Shown here piece by piece: positions 63,252 through 64,000 of a DNA stretch of 64,000 nt. Made by a program: the position numbers and the translations under genes. Below the pieces are notes generated by a model. It had not been told where the DNA came from and did no database searches. It worked only from the letters and a program-made list of their open reading frames with translations. Each line of letters starts with the position of its first letter. The stretch's first letter is position 1. This DNA comes from an uncultured Candidatus Actinomarina sp. (GTDB lineage: Bacteria > Actinomycetota > Acidimicrobiia > Actinomarinales > Actinomarinaceae), in the NCBI GenBank assembly GCA_902628045.1, contig CACOLU010000002.1, forward strand, positions 17,162 to 81,161. Direction: 5' to 3'.

Positions 63252-63603
63252 TTAAATTTTTCTTAGCAAGATCAACAAGTTTTTTAAAACCTTTTGGATC
63301 ATTTACAGCTAAGTCTGCAAGTATTTTTCTATCGACTTTTACACCTGCATTGTTTAATCCATTAATAAACTTTGAATAGGCAAGATCATGCTGTCTTGAT
63401 GCAGCATTTATTCTAGAAATCCACAGTTTTCTATAATCTGCTTTTTTATCTTTACGGTGTGTAAAAGAATCAGCACCAGCATGCATAACTTGTTCTTTTG
63501 CTGCTCTAAGTCTCTTGCTTCTGGCTCCTGTATATCCTTTAGCTTTTTTTAATACTTTTTTCTTAGATTTTTTACTTTGAACTGAACTTTTTATACGAAC
63601 CAT
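63244..63603 (-). CDS. rplT: 50S ribosomal protein L20
   Basis: Contains MVRIKSSVQSKKSKKKVLKKAKGYTGARS and RKLWISRINAA. Confidence 0.97.
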   Translation of the reverse strand: MVRIKSSVQSKKSKKKVLKKAKGYTGARSKRLRAAKEQVMHAGADSFTHRKDKKADYRKLWISRINAASRQHDLAYSKFINGLNNAGVKVDRKILADLAVNDPKGFKKLVDLAKKNLNG

Positions 63604-63605
63604 CG

Positions 63606-63794
63606 TTAACCTAACAACTTTCTTATTTTTTTGCTGTCACCACTAGATGCTTCAACATCTCGCTTTAACCGCTTCCATGTACCAGAACTTTTTGCTAATT
63701 TGTAATGAGACCTGTGTGATCTGCGTCTCATATATTTACCAGTTCCAGTAACTTTTACTCTTTTTTTCATACTTTTGTGAGTTTTTTGTTTCAT
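63606..63794 (-). CDS. rpmI: 50S ribosomal protein L35
   Basis: 62 aa with MKQKTHKSMKKRVKVTGTGK. Confidence 0.95.
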   Translation of the reverse strand: MKQKTHKSMKKRVKVTGTGKYMRRRSHRSHYKLAKSSGTWKRLKRDVEASSGDSKKIRKLLG

Positions 63795-64000
63795 TTTTTT
63801 CCTCCTAAAGGTGCAAGCACCATTGTTAAAGACTTTCCATCAGGACTAGATGTAGATTCAACCATTGCTATGTCACTTAATTCCTCAATATAATTATCTA
63901 AAACTTTTTGTCCAAACTCAGGATGTTCAGCTTCTCTTCCCCTGAATCTCATTGTAAATTTTACCTTATCTCCTGAATCTATAAATTTTCTTGATTTTTT
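63791..64000 (-). CDS. infC: translation initiation factor IF-3, C-terminal fragment (5' end outside window)
   Basis: My own translation of the open minus-strand frame gives KKSRKFIDSGDKVKFTMRFRGREAEHPEFGQKVLDNYIEELSDIAMVESTSSPDGKSLTMVLAPLGGKK*. It is collinear with the E. coli IF3 C-domain (..ITLRFRGRE..H...G..VL......MVLAP). The TGA overlaps the rpmI ATG. Confidence 0.9.
   Translation of the reverse strand, partial: KKSRKFIDSGDKVKFTMRFRGREAEHPEFGQKVLDNYIEELSDIAMVESTSSPDGKSLTMVLAPLGGKK

Overview
This is an AT-rich chromosomal core region, by eye about 30% G+C outside the rRNA genes. It is extremely gene-dense: most neighbouring genes overlap by 1-14 nt or sit fewer than 50 nt apart.

Gene content and order match conserved actinobacterial blocks. 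From left to right:
- rpsA-coaE-uvrB, then uvrA and uvrC
- rapZ...pgk-tpiA-secG
- trmI...pafB/pafC-like-tatC-helY-like
- nadK...pyrG-xerD...scpA-scpB-rluB-cmk-der
- pgsA-garA-ftsR-like...bifunctional nuclease-MerR
- on the minus strand, infC-rpmI-rplT-pheS-pheT-mpg-tyrS running into a 16S-23S-5S rRNA operon

This points to a streamlined low-GC actinobacterium, possibly a marine Actinomarinales-like lineage. That assignment is inference only.

The window also contains one tRNA-Leu, a five-gene peptide/nickel-type ABC importer, a small redox cluster (glutaredoxin, msrB, DCC-like), and assorted housekeeping enzymes. I saw no transposase, phage genes, CRISPR array, toxin-antitoxin pair or recognisable defence or biosynthetic cluster.

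I did not find a convincing novel multi-gene system. The most noteworthy observations are:
1. A PafBC-like WYL regulator pair kept at a locus where the whole Pup-proteasome block is absent.
2. A tRNA-Leu whose anticodon reads AAG.
3. A D-Ala-D-Ala carboxypeptidase whose signal peptide can only be translated from an ATT codon.
4. A clean absence of yvcK-whiA-gap between rapZ and pgk.
5. A TyrRS whose HIGH motif reads TLGW.
6. All seven convergent gene junctions overlap, leaving no intergenic terminators.

All calls come from reading the translations and sequence by eye. No database search or folding program was run.
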